A model generated the notes under the pieces. That model did not search any database, was not told where the DNA came from, and worked only from the letters and a program-made list of their open reading frames with translations. The position numbers and the translations under genes are program-made. Below are positions 1 to 9,386 of a stretch of DNA of 64,000 bases, piece after piece. The stretch comes from Gammaproteobacteria bacterium. GTDB taxonomy: Bacteria > Pseudomonadota > Gammaproteobacteria > S012-40. The stretch lies in NCBI GenBank assembly GCA_015487785.1, contig WFPC01000025.1, positions 6,654 to 70,653 on the forward strand, written 5' to 3'. The first letter of the stretch is position 1. Each line of letters opens with the position of its first letter.

Positions 1-77
1 CCATCAGCGCCGATTCGGCCGATGGCGATTTCTCCAACAAGCTCAATGTCGCTTTGAAGAACTGGAAACGCTCATGA
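1..77 (+). CDS. fliO: 3' end of probable flagellar biosynthesis protein FliO (partial)
   Basis: Open frame 3 ([24 protein letters not shown]) ends in TGA overlapping the fliP ATG. The identity is inferred from position upstream of fliP only. Confidence 0.55.
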   Translation, partial: ISADSADGDFSNKLNVALKNWKRS

Positions 78-829
78 ACCGCGTTGTGGTGTTACGCACG
101 AGCCTGCTGTTGCTGTGCCTGTTGTTGCCACAACTTTCCGTGGCGCAGGAAGTTGGTATTCCCGCGCTCACGGTGCAGGACAATGCCGATGGCGGCCAGA
201 CCTACACCCTGACCCTGCAGGTGTTGGCTCTGATGACATTGCTGACCCTGCTGCCGGCAGGGTTGATGATGTTGACGGCTTTTACCCGCATCGTCATCGT
301 ATTGTCCATTTTGCGCCAGGCCATTGGTCTCATGCAGGCGCCCTCCAACCAGATCATCATCGGCCTGGCCTTGTTTCTGACCTTTTTCATCATGGCGCCG
401 GTCTTCGATCGCGTCTACCAGGAGGCCATTTCACCCTATGTGGACGAGGAAATCGAAATTCAGCAGGCCTTTGCCAAGGCCCAGCAGCCGTTTCGGGAGT
501 TCATGGTGGGCCAGACACGGGAGACCGATCTCGATATGTTCATGAAAATCTCCGGCACCAAGGAAATCGAGTCGGCGGAAGACATTCCCTTTTCTCTCTT
601 GGTGCCGGCTTTCATCACCAGTGAATTGAAAACGGCTTTCCAGATCGGTTTTCTGATCTATATCCCGTTTCTGGTGATCGACCTGGTGGTAGCCAGCGTT
701 CTGATGGCCATGGGCATGATGATGCTCTCACCGATGATGATCTCGCTGCCTTTCAAGATCATGCTGTTCGTTCTGGTGGATGGCTGGGCCCTGATCATGG
801 GCACCCTGGCGTCCAGTTTCTATGTATAG
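74..829 (+). CDS. fliP: Flagellar export apparatus protein FliP
   Basis: Motifs [54 protein letters not shown]. Confidence 0.98.
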   Translation: MNRVVVLRTSLLLLCLLLPQLSVAQEVGIPALTVQDNADGGQTYTLTLQVLALMTLLTLLPAGLMMLTAFTRIVIVLSILRQAIGLMQAPSNQIIIGLALFLTFFIMAPVFDRVYQEAISPYVDEEIEIQQAFAKAQQPFREFMVGQTRETDLDMFMKISGTKEIESAEDIPFSLLVPAFITSELKTAFQIGFLIYIPFLVIDLVVASVLMAMGMMMLSPMMISLPFKIMLFVLVDGWALIMGTLASSFYV

Positions 830-841
830 GGGGAAAGTGTA

Positions 842-1111
842 ATGACACCCGAAGTGGTTCTCGATGTGTTTCGCTCCACCCTGGCTCTGATCACCCTGCT
901 GGTGGCCATCATCCTGTTGCCGGCATTGGCGGTGGGTCTTTTGGTGGCCATGTTCCAGGCGGCCACCTCGATCAATGAAATGACGCTGAGCTTCATCCCC
1001 AAACTGATGATCACTTTCCTCGCCCTGATGCTGGCCGGACCCTACATGCTCAATGCCATGATCACCTATATACAGCGCACCTTTGCCGACATCCCCTACC
1101 TCATCGGTTGA
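842..1111 (+). CDS. fliQ: Flagellar export protein FliQ
   Basis: 89 aa; FQAATSINEMTLSFIPK motif; lies between fliP and fliR. Confidence 0.97.
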   Translation: MTPEVVLDVFRSTLALITLLVAIILLPALAVGLLVAMFQAATSINEMTLSFIPKLMITFLALMLAGPYMLNAMITYIQRTFADIPYLIG

Positions 1112-1116
1112 CCCGA

Positions 1117-1893
1117 ATGTTGTTCACCGGTGAGGAAATCGGGTCCATGGTCGGCCAGTTCGTCTGGCCGTTCTTTCGCATCGCCGCCATGGTGGGCGCC
1201 TTTCCCGTTTTCAGCTCGGCCTTCATTCCCATGCGGGTTCGCCTCATCATCGCCCTGGCCCTGACGCTGGTGATCGCCCCTCTCGTGCCGACGGTGCCGC
1301 AGATCGATCCCCTGAGTCTGGACGCGGTGGTGTTGATCCTGCAACAGGTACTCATCGGCATTGCCATGGGTTTCATTTTCCACCTGGTGATAAATGCCTT
1401 CATCATTGGCGGACAAATCATCGCCATGCAGATGGGGCTGGGTTTTTCCACCATGATAGATCCGGTGAACGGTGCCCAGGCCCCCGTATTGAGCATGCTG
1501 TTCTTGATGCTGGTGACCCTTTTCTTCCTGCTGTTGGACGGGCATCTGCTGATCATCGCCGTAGTGGCCGAAAGTTTCCATACTCTGCCCATCAGCACCG
1601 ATGGCCTGCTACGCCAGGATTTCTGGCAACTGGCCAGTTGGGGAAGCGACATGTTTGTCGGTGCCATGAAGATTGCTTTGCCGGCCATAACGGCCCTGTT
1701 GCTGGTGAACATGGCGCTGGGCGTAATGGGTCGGGCCGCGCCGCAACTGAATATTTTCGCGGTGGGTTTTTCCATCACTATCACCGGTGGCTTCTACATC
1801 ATCATGATCATGTTGCCGGTGGTGTTGCCGCAGTTCGAGCAATTGACAGCCAATGCCTTCGGTGTGGTGCAGTCCATGATGCGGGTGCAGTAG
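1117..1893 (+). CDS. fliR: Flagellar export protein FliR
   Basis: Hydrophobic; QMGLGF, APQLNIFAVGF motifs. Alternative TTG start at 1108. Confidence 0.96.
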   Translation: MLFTGEEIGSMVGQFVWPFFRIAAMVGAFPVFSSAFIPMRVRLIIALALTLVIAPLVPTVPQIDPLSLDAVVLILQQVLIGIAMGFIFHLVINAFIIGGQIIAMQMGLGFSTMIDPVNGAQAPVLSMLFLMLVTLFFLLLDGHLLIIAVVAESFHTLPISTDGLLRQDFWQLASWGSDMFVGAMKIALPAITALLLVNMALGVMGRAAPQLNIFAVGFSITITGGFYIIMIMLPVVLPQFEQLTANAFGVVQSMMRVQ

Positions 1894-1895
1894 GG

Positions 1896-3038
1896 ATGGC
1901 GGAGAACCAGGAAGGCCAGGAAAAAACCGAAGAGCCCAGTGCCAAGCGCCTGCGCGATGCACGCGAAAAGGGCCAGGTGCCGCGTTCACGGGAGTTCAAT
2001 ACTTTTTTCATGATGCTGATGTCGGCCGCCGGCCTGTTGCTGCTGGGGCCGGGTATGATGAATGACCTGATGGATCTGTTGCGCGCACATTTCATCATCG
2101 AGCGCGGCAAGGTCTTCGATACCCAGTATCTGATCTTGCAACTCCAGAGCGGCTTGCTGGATTCATTGGTACTGTTGCTGCCTTTCTTCGTGCTGGCCTT
2201 GCTGGTGGCCATCGGTTCCTCGTTGCTGATCGGTGGTTGGAATTTCAGTGTCAAGGCCATGGCCTTTCGTGGCAGCAAGATGAATCCGATCACAGGCATC
2301 AAGCGCATTTTCGGTCCCCAGGGCCTGATGGAGTTGGTCAAGGCCATTGCCAAGGTGAGCCTGGTGGGCGGGGTGGCGGTGGCGCTATTGCTCTGGCAAG
2401 GGGATGCAGTACTGGCATTGGGCTACCAGTCGTTGGAGACGGCACTGGCCGAAATGGGTGAGCAACTGGCCTGGTTTTTTCTCGCGCTCAGCGCCAGTCT
2501 GGTGGTGGTGGCCGCCATCGATGCACCGTTTCAGCTCTGGAACAACCGTAATCAGCTCAAGATGAGCAAGCAGGAGGTCAAGCAGGAGCACAAGCAGACC
2601 GAGGGCAGTCCCGAGACCAAGGCGAGGATTCGCAAGGTGCAGAATGAAATGGCCCAGCGCCGCATGATGCAGCAGGTGCCGGAGGCCGATGTGGTGATCA
2701 CCAACCCCACCCATTACGCAGTGGCGCTGAAATACGACCAGGACAGCGATGGCGCGCCGGTGTTGGTGGCCAAGGGCAGTGACCTGCTGGCGGCCAGGAT
2801 ACGCGAACTGGCCGCGGAACACCAAGTGCCCATTGTCTCGGCGCCAGCGTTGGCGCGGGCCCTGTACTACAACACCGAGTTGGATCACGAGATCCCCGCC
2901 GGGCTGTATGTCGCGGTGGCCAAGGTTCTGGCCTATGTGTTCTCGTTGCGGCGCAAACCTGGCACTGTTTTTTCAAGCCCTGTGACATTCGACGACCTGG
3001 ATATTCCCGATGAACTGCGTCGCGACGACGACCGATAA
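1896..3038 (+). CDS. flhB: Flagellar export substrate-specificity switch FlhB
   Basis: N-terminal EKTEEPSAKRLRDAREKGQV, NPTH autocleavage motif. Start moved to ATG 1896 just after the fliR stop; the ORF-track extension from 1638 overlaps fliR. Confidence 0.97.
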   Translation: MAENQEGQEKTEEPSAKRLRDAREKGQVPRSREFNTFFMMLMSAAGLLLLGPGMMNDLMDLLRAHFIIERGKVFDTQYLILQLQSGLLDSLVLLLPFFVLALLVAIGSSLLIGGWNFSVKAMAFRGSKMNPITGIKRIFGPQGLMELVKAIAKVSLVGGVAVALLLWQGDAVLALGYQSLETALAEMGEQLAWFFLALSASLVVVAAIDAPFQLWNNRNQLKMSKQEVKQEHKQTEGSPETKARIRKVQNEMAQRRMMQQVPEADVVITNPTHYAVALKYDQDSDGAPVLVAKGSDLLAARIRELAAEHQVPIVSAPALARALYYNTELDHEIPAGLYVAVAKVLAYVFSLRRKPGTVFSSPVTFDDLDIPDELRRDDDR

Positions 3039-3050
3039 CCGAGAGAGCCC

Positions 3051-5165
3051 ATGGCAAGCCTTGAACTGACCCAGAACAATCTGCTCAATGGTCTGAAGGA
3101 AGTCGGCCGTAGTGGCCTGGGGGTGCCGCTGTTGCTGGTGATCATGCTGGGCATGATGATCCTGCCCATGCCACCGGTACTGCTGGACATGTTGTTCACC
3201 TTCAACATTTCCCTGGCCCTGGTGGTGCTGCTGGCGGCGATCTATGTCAGCCGGCCGCTGGATTTCTCGGTATTTCCCACCGTGCTGCTGATCGCGACCC
3301 TGCTGCGCCTGGCGCTCAATATCGCCTCCACCCGGGTGGTTCTGCTGGAGGGACATAGCGGAACCGCTGCGGCAGGGAACGTGATCGAGTCTTTCGGTGA
3401 ATTCGTCATCGGCGGCAACTATGCCGTGGGCCTGGTGGTGTTCGCCATTCTGGTGATCATCAACTTCGTGGTGGTCACCAAGGGAGCGGGGCGGATCTCC
3501 GAGGTCAGCGCGCGTTTTACCCTGGATGCCATGCCCGGCAAGCAAATGGCCATCGACGCCGATCTCAATGCCGGCAGCATCACCCAGGATGAGGCCCAGC
3601 AGCGTCGCCTGGAAGTGGTGCGCGAGGCGGATTTCTATGGGGCCATGGATGGGGCCAGCAAGTTCGTGCGCGGCGATGCCATCGCCGGTATCCTGATCCT
3701 GTTCATCAACATCATCGGCGGCCTGCTCATTGGCATGATGCAGCATGGCCTGCCCTTTGCCGATGCCGCACGCAATTACACCTTGCTCACCATTGGTGAC
3801 GGTTTGGTGGCGCAGATTCCCTCGTTGTTGCTGTCCACTGCCGCGGCCATCATCGTTACCCGGGTATCGGCCTCGGAGAACATGGGCAAGCAGGTGTTCA
3901 GCCAATTGTTCGAGAGTCCCAGGGCCTTGGCGGTGACCGGTGGCATCATCGGAGGCATGGGCTTGATTCCCGGTATGCCCAACATGGCCTTTCTGTTACT
4001 GGGCGGCGTGTCCGGTGGCGCAGCCTATATGTTGCACCGGCGCAACAAGCAGGCCGAACAGCCGGCCCAGGAACTCCGCGAACAGGCACCGGCGCCCGAA
4101 CCCCCCAAGGAGTTGAGCTGGGACGACGTGGTGCCGGTGGATCTGATCGGGCTGGAGGTGGGATACCGCCTGATTCCCCTAGTGGACAAGAATCAGGGCG
4201 GACAGTTGATGACACGCATCAAGGGCGTGCGCAAGAAACTTTCCCAGGATCTGGGGTTCCTGATTCCCGCGGTGCATATCCGCGACAACCTGGAACTCAA
4301 TCCCAGCGCCTACCGCATTACGCTCCACGGTGTGCCCATCGCCGAGGCCGAGATTCATCCGGACAAGGAGATGGCCATCAACCCCGGTCAGGTCTATGGC
4401 AGCTTGCAGGGCATTCCCGGCAAGGATCCGGCCTTTGGCCTGGAAGCCATCTGGATCGAGCCCTCGCAGCGTGATCACGCCCAGACCATGGGGTATACCG
4501 TGGTCGACGCCAGCACCGTGGTGGCCACCCATCTCAGCCAAATCCTGCAGAATCACGCCCACGAGCTGCTGGGGCGCGAAGAGGTTCAGCAATTGCTGGA
4601 CAAGCTGGCCAAGACAGCGCCCAAACTGGTGGAAGAGCTGGTGCCGGAGACCCTTTCGCTGGGTGTGGTGTTGAAGGTTTTGCAGAACCTTTTGGAGGAG
4701 CAGGTACCCATCCGCGACATGCGTACCATTGCCGAAACTCTGGCGGACGAGGCGGTCAAGACCAAGGACGTCGAGGAGTTGACGGCGGCGGTGCGAGTTG
4801 CCCTGAGCCGCTCCATCATCCAGCAGATCAACGGGCTCGAAGAGGAATTACCGGTCATTACCCTGGATCCATCACTGGAACAGATATTGCTGCAGACCGT
4901 TCAGGCCGGTGGCGATGCCAGCGCGGGCCTGGAACCGGGGCTGGCGGAGCGTATCCACGAACAACTGGCCGAGGCCGCGCAGAAGCAGGAAATGACCGGG
5001 CAGCCTTCGATACTTCTGGTGTCGCCGCCGCTGCGCCGTCTGATGTCACAGTTCACCAGGCGGTCGATTCCGGGCCTGCACGTGCTCTCGTTCAACGAGA
5101 TACCGGACAACAAACAAATCAAACTGATCGCGACAGTCGGCCAGCCCGCGCCCGCCAATGTGTAG
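3051..5165 (+). CDS. flhA: Flagellar export gate protein FlhA
   Basis: 704 aa; EVSARFTLDAMPGKQMAIDADL and FYGAMDGASKFV motifs. Confidence 0.98.
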   Translation: MASLELTQNNLLNGLKEVGRSGLGVPLLLVIMLGMMILPMPPVLLDMLFTFNISLALVVLLAAIYVSRPLDFSVFPTVLLIATLLRLALNIASTRVVLLEGHSGTAAAGNVIESFGEFVIGGNYAVGLVVFAILVIINFVVVTKGAGRISEVSARFTLDAMPGKQMAIDADLNAGSITQDEAQQRRLEVVREADFYGAMDGASKFVRGDAIAGILILFINIIGGLLIGMMQHGLPFADAARNYTLLTIGDGLVAQIPSLLLSTAAAIIVTRVSASENMGKQVFSQLFESPRALAVTGGIIGGMGLIPGMPNMAFLLLGGVSGGAAYMLHRRNKQAEQPAQELREQAPAPEPPKELSWDDVVPVDLIGLEVGYRLIPLVDKNQGGQLMTRIKGVRKKLSQDLGFLIPAVHIRDNLELNPSAYRITLHGVPIAEAEIHPDKEMAINPGQVYGSLQGIPGKDPAFGLEAIWIEPSQRDHAQTMGYTVVDASTVVATHLSQILQNHAHELLGREEVQQLLDKLAKTAPKLVEELVPETLSLGVVLKVLQNLLEEQVPIRDMRTIAETLADEAVKTKDVEELTAAVRVALSRSIIQQINGLEEELPVITLDPSLEQILLQTVQAGGDASAGLEPGLAERIHEQLAEAAQKQEMTGQPSILLVSPPLRRLMSQFTRRSIPGLHVLSFNEIPDNKQIKLIATVGQPAPANV

Positions 5166-5203
5166 GACTGGCCGCAAGCAGCGTCGCAACGAGGTAGCCT
5201 GGC

Positions 5204-6589
5204 ATGAAACTGAAGCGATACCATGCGCCGGATATCCGGCGGGCGATCAACAAGGTGCGTGACGAACTGGGACCGGATGCAGTCATTCTGTCCAACCGTC
5301 CCATCGACGACGGGGTGGAGATCATCGCCGCCATCGACTACGACGATGCCATCGTGGACTCGGCGGAGGCTGTGCAGAGCCAGGATCGTCACCGGTCTTC
5401 CACCAGTCCGGCAAGCCTGTCGAAGAACAAGTCCGCGGTGGCAGCCGGTGGTGATGAGCCGTTTTGGAAACGAGTGGCCGACAAGGTCATCGAGCAGGAC
5501 CAGAAGAAGCAGCAGGTCTCGGAAGACAGTAAGCATGATTGGTTGGACAAACTCAACGATCCTCGTCTCTATAGGGAAAGCCTGCAACAGCAGCCCGACG
5601 CGGAAGCCGCCAAGCCTGCGCCAGTCAGCCAAAATGCCCGGGGCGAACAGGCACAAGACCTCACTGGGGTTTGGAATGAGTTACAGAATCTGCGTGGCCT
5701 GCTGGAGCATCAGTTGTCGTCGCTGGCCTGGGGCGAGCTGGCCTCGCGTCACCCCTACCGGGCCAAGGCCATGCGCAGCCTGTTGGAGCTGGGGATCGGT
5801 CCGGCCATCGCGCGGCAGTTGATCGAGGGACTGGACGACGAGTCCAGTTTCGAGAAAGTCTGGCGCCAGGCATTGACCCGGTTTGCCCTGCGCCTGCCGG
5901 TCATCGAACAGGACATTCTCACCCATGGCGGGATGTTTGCCCTGGTGGGGCCCACAGGCGTGGGCAAGACCACCACCCTGGCCAAGATGGCCGCGCGTTT
6001 CGCCCTGCAGCAAGGTACCAAGGACATCGCCCTGGTCACCACCGACAACTACCGTGTGGGCGCGCAGGAACAACTGCGCACCTACGGTCGCATTCTGGAA
6101 ACTCCCGTGCGCGTGGCCAATGATGGTAATGAGTTGCGCGATATCCTGCACAGCCTGCGCGACAAGAAACTGGTACTGATCGACACTGCTGGCATGAGCC
6201 AGCGCGATATTCGCTTGACCGAACAGTTCGCCATGCTCAGTGAAGGTGCTGCGCAGATCAAGACCCTGTTGGTGTTGTCGGCCTCGTCGCAAATGTCGGT
6301 GTTGGACGAGACCGTGGAGGCCTATGCCAGGGTCGCGCTTAGTGGTTGTATCCTCACCAAGCTGGACGAGAGCAATACCCTGGGAGGTGTTCTGACGGTG
6401 GCTTCAACCCATCAATTGCCCATTGCCTATATCAGTGATGGTCAGCGAGTGCCCGAGGATTTGCATCGCGAGGACGCGGTGAAACTGATCAAGCGCGGCA
6501 TAGCCATGATGAAGCGACACAGCCGGCCAGTGGACGAGGAATTCGTCGAAATGGCCTACGGAGGGCTGGTTGCCGATGATGTTGGCTAG
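5204..6589 (+). CDS. flhF: SRP-family GTPase FlhF (polar flagellar placement)
   Basis: GPTGVGKTTT, DTAG and TKLDE motifs; follows flhA. Confidence 0.97.
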   Translation: MKLKRYHAPDIRRAINKVRDELGPDAVILSNRPIDDGVEIIAAIDYDDAIVDSAEAVQSQDRHRSSTSPASLSKNKSAVAAGGDEPFWKRVADKVIEQDQKKQQVSEDSKHDWLDKLNDPRLYRESLQQQPDAEAAKPAPVSQNARGEQAQDLTGVWNELQNLRGLLEHQLSSLAWGELASRHPYRAKAMRSLLELGIGPAIARQLIEGLDDESSFEKVWRQALTRFALRLPVIEQDILTHGGMFALVGPTGVGKTTTLAKMAARFALQQGTKDIALVTTDNYRVGAQEQLRTYGRILETPVRVANDGNELRDILHSLRDKKLVLIDTAGMSQRDIRLTEQFAMLSEGAAQIKTLLVLSASSQMSVLDETVEAYARVALSGCILTKLDESNTLGGVLTVASTHQLPIAYISDGQRVPEDLHREDAVKLIKRGIAMMKRHSRPVDEEFVEMAYGGLVADDVG

Positions 6590-6596
6590 TACACAT

Positions 6597-7463
6597 ATGG
6601 ATCAGGCAATGGGGCTGCGACAGATGAAACGGCCGAAACCGGTGCGTGTCATCGCCGTCACCAGCGGCAAGGGTGGCGTGGGCAAGACCACGGTTTCGGT
6701 GAATCTGGCCATCTCGATGGCCAATCGCAATCAGCGCGTGATGCTGATGGATGCGGATCTCGGGCTGGCCAATGTAGATGTGTTGCTGGGCCTGCATCCC
6801 ACCGCCAACCTGTCTCATGTGATCAGTGGCGAGTGCGCGCTGGAAGACATTTTGCTCGATGGCCCTGGCGGCATCCAGATCGTACCCGCGGCTTCGGGTA
6901 CGCAGAAAATGGCGGAGCTGAGCGAGCGGGAGAATGCCGGCGTGATTCGGGCCTTCAGCGATCTCAGCCACAGGGTGGACACCCTGATCATCGACACCGC
7001 TGCCGGTATTGCACACAGTGTGGTGAGTTATTGCAAGGCGGCCCAGGAGGTGTTGGTGGTGGTGTGCGACGAGCCCACATCCATTACCGATGCCTATGCC
7101 CTGATCAAGGTCATGAGTCGAGAGCATGGTATCCGCCGGTTTCATATTGTCGCCAATATGACCCACAGCAGCCAGGAAGGTCGGGAATTGTTCGGCAAGC
7201 TGAGCAAGGTCTCCAATCGTTTCCTCGATGTCACCCTGGATTTCATGGGTGTATTACCCTATGACCCGCAGGTGAAAAAGGCCGTGCAGCGCCAACGCGC
7301 GGTGGTGGATGCCTATCCCCGCAGCAAGGCGTCAACGGCATTCAAGAATTTGGCCCAGAAAGCCGACAAATGGCCGAGACCCACGAAGGCTGCGGGACAT
7401 CTCGAGTTTTTCGTGGAGCGCCTGATCCAGGCGACCCAGAACAATGTGGAGGCTTCGCTATGA
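6597..7463 (+). CDS. flhG: MinD-like flagellar number regulator FlhG/FleN
   Basis: MDQAxGLR N-terminus, SGKGGVGKT, DADLGLANVD. Alternative start 6570. Confidence 0.95.
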   Translation: MDQAMGLRQMKRPKPVRVIAVTSGKGGVGKTTVSVNLAISMANRNQRVMLMDADLGLANVDVLLGLHPTANLSHVISGECALEDILLDGPGGIQIVPAASGTQKMAELSERENAGVIRAFSDLSHRVDTLIIDTAAGIAHSVVSYCKAAQEVLVVVCDEPTSITDAYALIKVMSREHGIRRFHIVANMTHSSQEGRELFGKLSKVSNRFLDVTLDFMGVLPYDPQVKKAVQRQRAVVDAYPRSKASTAFKNLAQKADKWPRPTKAAGHLEFFVERLIQATQNNVEASL

Positions 7464-8188
7464 ACGGTATCGCAGGCTATGCGGTAGCGCAAAAGGCCGC
7501 GGACGAGGACGATCTGCTGGGCAAATACGCGCCACTGGTCAAGCGTATAGCCTATCACCTGATCAGTCGTCTGCCACCCAGCGTACAGCCGGACGATCTG
7601 ATCCAGGCCGGCATGATCGGGCTGCTGGAAGCAGCAAAAAACTACGATTCGCAGCAAGGCGCCAGTTTCGAGACCTATGCCGGCATACGCATTCGTGGCG
7701 CCATGCTCGATGAGATCCGGCGCAGCGACTGGGCACCCCGCTCGGTGCACAAGAAGGCGAGGATCCTGGCCGAGGCCGTGCGCACCATAGAGAACCAGAC
7801 GGGACGTGACGCCCGCGACCACGAAGTGGCGGAGGAGCTGGGCGTGTCGCTGGAAGAATACCATCAGATGTTGCAGGCGGCCAGTGGCTACAGGATCAGC
7901 AGCTTCGAGGAAATCACCCCCGGTGACGAGGCCTGCGTGGAGCAGATGATGGGGGAGAGCGCCACACCATTGGATGGCTTGCAGAAAGAGGATTTCAAAC
8001 GTTGTCTGGCCGAGGCGGTGGCCGGGTTGCCGGAACGCGAGCGTTTGGTGATGGCCCTGTATTACGACGAGGAACTGAACCTGCGTGAGATTGGCGAGGT
8101 GCTCGGCGTCAGTGAATCACGGGTATGCCAGATTCACAGCCAGGCGGTGATTCGCCTACAGGCCCGCATGGCCGAATGGAGAAAATAG
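7460..8188 (+). CDS. fliA: RNA polymerase sigma-28 factor FliA
   Basis: DDLIQAGMIGLL, RIRGAMLDEIR, LGVSESRVCQIH; ATG overlaps the flhG stop. Confidence 0.97.
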   Translation: MNGIAGYAVAQKAADEDDLLGKYAPLVKRIAYHLISRLPPSVQPDDLIQAGMIGLLEAAKNYDSQQGASFETYAGIRIRGAMLDEIRRSDWAPRSVHKKARILAEAVRTIENQTGRDARDHEVAEELGVSLEEYHQMLQAASGYRISSFEEITPGDEACVEQMMGESATPLDGLQKEDFKRCLAEAVAGLPERERLVMALYYDEELNLREIGEVLGVSESRVCQIHSQAVIRLQARMAEWRK

Positions 8189-8226
8189 TGTTTCAAAACG
8201 ATTTTACTGAAGATGGGTTGCATTAA

Positions 8227-8622
8227 ATGGTAAACAAAGACATCAAGATCCTGATAGTGGACGATTTCTCCACCATGCGCCGGATCATCAAGAATCTTCT
8301 GCGTGATCTCGGCTTCAACAATACCGCCGAAGCCGACGATGGTTCCACGGCCTTGCCGATGCTCAAGGCCGGTGGTTTCGATTTTCTCATCACCGACTGG
8401 AACATGCCGGGCATGACCGGCATCGAGCTGCTCAAGACGGTGCGTGCCGACCCCGATCTCAAGACCTTGCCTGTGCTCATGGTGACCGCGGAGCAAAAAC
8501 GCGAGCAGATCATCGAGGCGGCCCAGGCGGGCGTGAACGGCTACATCGTCAAGCCCTTCACCGCCACCACCCTGAAGGAAAAACTGGACAAGATCTTTGA
8601 GCGTATCAACGCGGCTGGGTGA
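8227..8622 (+). CDS. cheY: Chemotaxis response regulator CheY
   Basis: [18 protein letters not shown] receiver motifs. Confidence 0.98.
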   Translation: MVNKDIKILIVDDFSTMRRIIKNLLRDLGFNNTAEADDGSTALPMLKAGGFDFLITDWNMPGMTGIELLKTVRADPDLKTLPVLMVTAEQKREQIIEAAQAGVNGYIVKPFTATTLKEKLDKIFERINAAG

Positions 8623-8627
8623 GGATC

Positions 8628-9377
8628 ATGACGGAACAAGCAAGCAACCCGGAGATGCTCGAGCGCGCCCGTGACCTGGTGGCGGCCCTGGAGGCCGGTG
8701 AGAGTGAAAGGGCCGAGGAAGTGTTGGCCAGCCTGACCAAGATGCACGAAACCGAGTTGTTTCAGCAACTGGGGCGGCTCACGCGGGATTTCCATGAGGC
8801 CATGAACAAGTTTCGCTACGATGAACGTGTGAGCACCCTGGCGCAAGAGGACATTCCCGATGCCAAGGAGCGGCTGCGCTATGTCATCCAGCGTACCGAC
8901 GATGCCGCCCACCGCACCATGAACGCGGTGGAGAGTTCCCTGCCCGTGTGTGAGAGCCTGCTGGCCAAGTCGCACGAACTCAATGCGTTGTGGACACGTT
9001 TCACCCAGCGCGAGCTGACCCCCCAGCAGTTTCGCGATCTCAGCAAGCAATTGGGTATGTTCCTGGGTGAAGTGCAGGGCGACGCGGAAACCATCAAGAA
9101 ACACCTCACCGATGTATTGATGGCGCAGGATTTCCAGGATATCACCGGCCAGATCATTGGCCGGGTGATAGGTCTGGTGGAGGAAGTGGAGCAAAGCCTG
9201 GTCGATCTGATCAAGCTGGGTGGGAAGGGACTAAAGCCCCAGCAGAATACTGTCGATAAGGGTAAGGAAAAAGAGACGACCAGTCTCGATGGCCCGCAGA
9301 TTCCGGGCATGGAATCGAAGGGCGTGGTCTCGGGGCAGGATGAAGTCGACGATTTGTTATCGAGTTTGGGGTTCTAG
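8628..9377 (+). CDS. cheZ: CheY-P phosphatase CheZ
   Basis: AQDFQDITGQII and C-terminal QDEVDDLLSSLGF. Confidence 0.96.
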   Translation: MTEQASNPEMLERARDLVAALEAGESERAEEVLASLTKMHETELFQQLGRLTRDFHEAMNKFRYDERVSTLAQEDIPDAKERLRYVIQRTDDAAHRTMNAVESSLPVCESLLAKSHELNALWTRFTQRELTPQQFRDLSKQLGMFLGEVQGDAETIKKHLTDVLMAQDFQDITGQIIGRVIGLVEEVEQSLVDLIKLGGKGLKPQQNTVDKGKEKETTSLDGPQIPGMESKGVVSGQDEVDDLLSSLGF

Positions 9378-9386
9378 GGTAGAAAC

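Noticed and set aside
8100-8226. Sigma28 or sigma54 promoter for cheY
   Set aside because: The spacer is AT-rich, but no paired -35/-10 or -24/-12 elements at correct spacing were found.
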